64,000 nt of DNA from Proteobacteria bacterium UBA3413 (GTDB lineage Bacteria; Pseudomonadota; Gammaproteobacteria; Magnimaribacterales; D2472): positions 36,305 through 100,304 of the forward strand of contig DEOR01000065.1 of assembly GCA_002358345.1 (NCBI GenBank), written 5' to 3'. A program made the translations under genes and the position numbers. Below, piece by piece: positions 60,326-64,000 of the stretch (the first letter of the stretch is position 1; every line of letters begins with the position of its first letter). Under the pieces are notes generated by a model. That model saw only the letters and a list, made by a program, of their open reading frames with translations, did not search any database and had not been told where the DNA came from.

Positions 60326-61348
60326 CTAGCCTTTTACTATTTCAATCAAACCAGCCACATGCTCATCTTTTGAATGGTCTACCCCAAGGTGTTCAACTTC
60401 ATTCCACATGACAGCTGAGCAGATTGAGCTTAGGTTGTCTTTGAGGGCATGCGCCACCTCTTTGCCCGTCCCAGTAAAACCCAAGGTATCGACCATATCA
60501 TCGGTCACCAGCGCAAACATCTCTTCCCATTTTCCTTGAATCGAGAGTGTATGTAGCTTCTCATTGATATCTTCCCAGCCATGGAATTCTAATGCAGGCT
60601 TGTAGGTTCTAGTTGAGGCATAAAAACTAATGCGTGCGGCGATGGCTCGTTTTGCAGCGTGAAGGTCTTCTTCGGTTTCCCCGGTTGCGATAAAGCCACC
60701 CCAAAGAAGCTCACACTCATCCGGGCTTCTGCCACTTCTTTTGGCGCCTTCGGCCACGGCAGGAATAATGACTTCATGAATGTATTGAGGAGAGCACATG
60801 GGATGCAAGAGCAGACCATCTGCCACCTCACCAGCCACTCTGGCCATGCCAGGTCCGAGCCCAGAAACATAAATGGGCGGCAGCTCACTCTCCATTGGGG
60901 GAGGGGTAAACATTGGCGTCATGAGGGTATGCGTGTAATGCTCGCCTTGAAAATCAAGGGCTTCACCAGTTTTCCACGTATTCCAAATGGCCTTAACTGC
61001 AAGAATGTACTCTCTCATTCTCGGTGCCGGCGGCGACCAGGGAACACTAAACCTTCTTTCATTGTGACCTTTAACTTGTGTGCCCAGACCCAGTTGAAAT
61101 CTACCCTCACCAAAGGCTTGCAGGTCCCAGCCCATGTTGGCCACGGTCATGGGGCTTCGCGGGAATGCGATGGCCAAGCCAGTGCGCACTATCATGCTTT
61201 TGGAGTGCTCGAGGCCAAGCAAGACAGGCAGGAAAGGTTCGTTATTTAGCTCCCCCGATACCAAGGCGTCATAACCCAAAGCCTCGGCATGCTTCACAAT
61301 GGCCACTGTATTCTTAGACAGCCCCGGGATGTATGTTTCTACTCTCAT
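60326..61348 (-). CDS. luciferase-like (LLM class) flavin/F420-dependent oxidoreductase
   Basis: 340 aa with a TIM-barrel LLM pattern (GRFQLGLGTQVKGHNERRF...). It is directly contiguous with the selO start. GC content is locally high. Confidence 0.75.
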   Translation of the reverse strand: MRVETYIPGLSKNTVAIVKHAEALGYDALVSGELNNEPFLPVLLGLEHSKSMIVRTGLAIAFPRSPMTVANMGWDLQAFGEGRFQLGLGTQVKGHNERRFSVPWSPPAPRMREYILAVKAIWNTWKTGEALDFQGEHYTHTLMTPMFTPPPMESELPPIYVSGLGPGMARVAGEVADGLLLHPMCSPQYIHEVIIPAVAEGAKRSGRSPDECELLWGGFIATGETEEDLHAAKRAIAARISFYASTRTYKPALEFHGWEDINEKLHTLSIQGKWEEMFALVTDDMVDTLGFTGTGKEVAHALKDNLSSICSAVMWNEVEHLGVDHSKDEHVAGLIEIVKG

Positions 61349-61354
61349 ATTTCT

Positions 61355-62983
61355 CTAGCCCTGCAGTGTTTTATTGGCAAACTCTTGTGCCCATTGATAA
61401 TTCGGCTTTCCAGAGGGCGCTCTCTCTATCAGGTCTGAAAAAATAAGAGCCTTGGGCATCTTATAGCTTGCAATATATTTTGCAGAAGTTTCCTTCAAGT
61501 CCTCGAGCGTCAGCTCAGAAGAATCCCGTCGCTGAATCACAGCCACAACCTTTTGCCCCCAGGTCTCATCTTTCACTCCAACCACCAGGCAATCAAAAAC
61601 ATTGGGATGAGCTTTTAAGGCCATCTCCACTTCTTCAGGGAATATTTTCTCTCCCCCAGAATTAATGGATACGCTGCCTCTGCCCAACAGAGTGATTTGA
61701 CCGTCGCTTTCATACTTGGCCATGTCTCCGGGGACAGAAAAGCGTTCCCCCTCCACATCGATAAAGGTCTTTTTAGATTTTTCAGGGTCTTTGTAATAAG
61801 CGATCGGCACGTGACCTTTTCTTGCAAGATAGCCAATCGTCTCAGTATCGCTTTGAGGAATAATTTGCTGGGTCTCTAGATTTAGAATTGCACTAAAGTC
61901 TGGTTTATTAAACTTAGGGCCGCCACCTGAATCTTTTAACTTCCCGTCTTTGGTGTGAATGTTAACCCCCGTGGCTCCAGTTTCAGACGAGCCGACTGCA
62001 TCGATAATAAAAAGGTTGGGCAAGAGGGTGATCATTGTATCTTTAATAGAAGAGCTAAACACCGAGGCTGAGCTAGCAATCACAAACAAACAAGACAGGT
62101 CCAAGCCCCTCTGAAGGGCTGCAGGCAAAGCATCGCACAGAGGTCTGCCCATGGCATCACCGGTGATGGTGAGGTTCATGACTCGCTCTTTAGCGATTAG
62201 GTCCCAGGCATGATGAGCGTCAAAAGTTACCTGATCATTAAAGACCAACTTCCATCCTGAGAAAAAAGCATTAAAAGATTGCCATTGCGCTGCCCCATGC
62301 ATCAAGGGCGCTAAGGCTAGAGCCGTTGTTTGGTCTTGCAAGCATTTATCGGCCAAGGCTTCGGGCGTTGGGTATTTCTCACCTGTCACAGCATCAATAC
62401 CGCCCCCAAGCGTCATAAGAACATCTTCCATCCTCCAGACCACACCTTTTGGCATGCCGGTGGTCCCGCCGGTATAGAGGATGTATTGATCATCTCCCGA
62501 GCGGAGTTGAGGCACTTGCTCCTCACTTTCATGTTCAATCAAGGCTTCATAATCCACGCAAACCAGATCACTCTTTGCATCCGACCCATCGTTAATGGAC
62601 ACATAGGTCTTTAACAGAGGCAACGCATCAGCAATGTTGTTGAGCTTGTCTGAAAACTGCTGATGAAAAAAGATAGCCTCAATATCGGCATTATTCATGA
62701 GGTACTTCAGCTCCTCTTCAACATATCGGTAGTTGATATTGATCGGGATGGCGCAAAGCTTGTATGCCCCAAGCATAATCTCCAACCATTCAATGCAATT
62801 AAAAGCATAAATCCCTATGTGGCTGCCTTGAGATATATTAAGTTTTTTTAGGGCATGCGCAGCCTTATTGGCTCGAGCGTCTAACTCTTTGTAGGTGAGT
62901 CGTGTTTCGCCAAGGACCACAGCCTCTCTATCAGGAATGCGCTGAACCACGCCTTCAAAAATATCTGCTGCATTAAATTCCAC
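61355..62983 (-). CDS. acyl-CoA synthetase (AMP-forming, ANL superfamily)
   Basis: 542 aa with a GTG start. AMP-binding motif YTGGTTGMPKGV and a C-terminal GKPNY-type Lys motif. Confidence 0.88.
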   Translation of the reverse strand: MEFNAADIFEGVVQRIPDREAVVLGETRLTYKELDARANKAAHALKKLNISQGSHIGIYAFNCIEWLEIMLGAYKLCAIPININYRYVEEELKYLMNNADIEAIFFHQQFSDKLNNIADALPLLKTYVSINDGSDAKSDLVCVDYEALIEHESEEQVPQLRSGDDQYILYTGGTTGMPKGVVWRMEDVLMTLGGGIDAVTGEKYPTPEALADKCLQDQTTALALAPLMHGAAQWQSFNAFFSGWKLVFNDQVTFDAHHAWDLIAKERVMNLTITGDAMGRPLCDALPAALQRGLDLSCLFVIASSASVFSSSIKDTMITLLPNLFIIDAVGSSETGATGVNIHTKDGKLKDSGGGPKFNKPDFSAILNLETQQIIPQSDTETIGYLARKGHVPIAYYKDPEKSKKTFIDVEGERFSVPGDMAKYESDGQITLLGRGSVSINSGGEKIFPEEVEMALKAHPNVFDCLVVGVKDETWGQKVVAVIQRRDSSELTLEDLKETSAKYIASYKMPKALIFSDLIERAPSGKPNYQWAQEFANKTLQG

Positions 62984-64000
62984 TAGACTTTTGCCACATG
63001 ATTTTCCCAGAATGGATCTCTTAACTTTCTTTTATAGAGCTTGCCATTCTCATCTCTTGGTAGCTTTTCAATAAAATCAATCGATCTTGGTAATTTCATT
63101 TTTGCCAGGTTCTCTTGTGCAAACATCATGAGCTCACTCGATAACTCATCAGACTCTTGTGCACCAGGAATTAACTCAACTACTGCTTTAACTTCCTCTC
63201 CCCATTCTTCGTTTGGGATTCCAAAGACTGCCACATCAGAAACTTTGGGATGCATCAAGAACACACTTTCTATTTCAGCTGGGTAAATATTAGCCCCACC
63301 TGAGATAATCATGTCTATTTTTCTATCACATAAAAATAAGTAGCCTTCAGCATTGAGATAGCCGATATCACCCACAGTAAAATACACTTGATCATTAATG
63401 ACCAATCGCTCTTTTTTAGTTTTTGCTTGGTCACCCTTATATTCAAATTTTGTGGCTTCGCCCAGCTTCATGTAAACGGTGCCTTGCTGATCCGTTGGAG
63501 TCTCGCCTCCATCCTCATTAATGATTTTGATCTCAGCACCTGGCCAGGCCTGACCCACAGTTCCTGGGAATTGGCTCCACGATTCTGCATCAACCACCGT
63601 TCCACCTCCTTCGGTCGCAGCGTAATACTCCCAGATTGAATTGCCCCACCAGGCAATCATGTCTTGCTTAGTGTGCACAGGGCAGGGGGCTGCAGCATGA
63701 ATCATGGCGCGAGTTGAGGAGCAGTCATATTTATTCTTCACCTCATCTGGCAATTGAAGCAATCGATGGAATTGTGTGGGAACCATATGACTGGTTGTGA
63801 CTTTGTATTTATCAATCAGATAGAGCATTTTCTCAGCATCAAATTTTTCCATCAAGACCACTGCGTGCCCATAGTGCAATGCGGCAGTAGAATGAACCAA
63901 GACAGCTGTGTGATAAAGAGGTGAGCCAACAATATGCACATTATTCTCATTGGGCTGGATATTAAAAAAGCTTAAAATCATCGCAAACATACTTAATATA
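62983..64000 (-). CDS. acyl-CoA synthetase (AMP-forming), partial; N-terminus lies beyond the window end
   Basis: The frame stays open through nt 63999. It has the ANL core motifs YYAATEGGG, GDIGYLNAEGYLFLCDRKIDMIISGGANIYPAEIE and a C-terminal GKLYKRKLR. The P-loop motif expected upstream is not in the window. Confidence 0.85.
   Translation of the reverse strand, partial: ILSMFAMILSFFNIQPNENNVHIVGSPLYHTAVLVHSTAALHYGHAVVLMEKFDAEKMLYLIDKYKVTTSHMVPTQFHRLLQLPDEVKNKYDCSSTRAMIHAAAPCPVHTKQDMIAWWGNSIWEYYAATEGGGTVVDAESWSQFPGTVGQAWPGAEIKIINEDGGETPTDQQGTVYMKLGEATKFEYKGDQAKTKKERLVINDQVYFTVGDIGYLNAEGYLFLCDRKIDMIISGGANIYPAEIESVFLMHPKVSDVAVFGIPNEEWGEEVKAVVELIPGAQESDELSSELMMFAQENLAKMKLPRSIDFIEKLPRDENGKLYKRKLRDPFWENHVAKV

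Noticed and set aside
60659-61249. 196-aa ORF on the plus strand, plus 79-aa and 99-aa ORFs nearby, all overlapping the LLM oxidoreductase gene.
   Set aside because: It lies antisense to a well-supported CDS. The sequence is R/G/H/P-rich and low in complexity, with no recognisable domain and no start context. The stop-free antisense frame is the expected result of the locally high GC.

Overview
This window is a very tightly packed, AT-rich chromosomal segment of a gammaproteobacterium. By my tally about 1.2 kb of the 64 kb is non-coding, roughly 2%. I found no CRISPR array, no transposase or integrase, no prophage genes and no long repeats. Nearly all genes are core housekeeping genes. They sit in blocks whose internal order matches E. 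coli and Pseudomonas: ddl-ftsQ-ftsA | rpsF-rpsR-rplI-dnaB-alr | pyrG-kdsA-eno-ftsB-ispDF-surE-pcm-nlpD-fdxA-recA | aspS-yebC-...-ybgC-tolQRAB-pal-cpoB-tRNA-Lys | bepA-perM, bcp-dapA-bamC-purC | iscRSUA-fdx-iscX-ndk-rlmN-rodZ-ispG-hisS-yfgM-bamB-der | sdhCDAB-sucAB-lpdA-sucCD. A more accessory right end follows: MATE pump, LbH acyltransferase, pdxB, selO, an LLM oxidoreductase and two acyl-CoA synthetases.

The interest lies in what is missing or replaced at conserved positions. (1) ruvC-ruvA-ruvB are replaced by one 140-aa PD-(D/E)XK protein that resembles the archaeal Holliday-junction resolvase Hjc. (2) hscB-hscA are absent from the isc operon. (3) ftsZ does not follow ftsA. (4) rpoS, mutS and recX are absent from their syntenic slots. 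(5) ProRS lacks its INS editing domain. (6) ispD and ispF are fused.

I also see a perfect LexA box at recA. At the purC/iscR junction there is a 23/25 IscR type-1 site overlapping a near-consensus promoter, which predicts a leaderless iscR mRNA. A 30-aa lipoprotein ORF below the ORF-track cutoff lies downstream of selO. The LLM gene is a local GC-rich patch.

I do not see a self-contained multi-gene novel system such as a defence island, BGC or mobile element. The Hjc-like replacement at the ruv locus is my best candidate for something new. All absences are established only for these positions, not for the whole genome.
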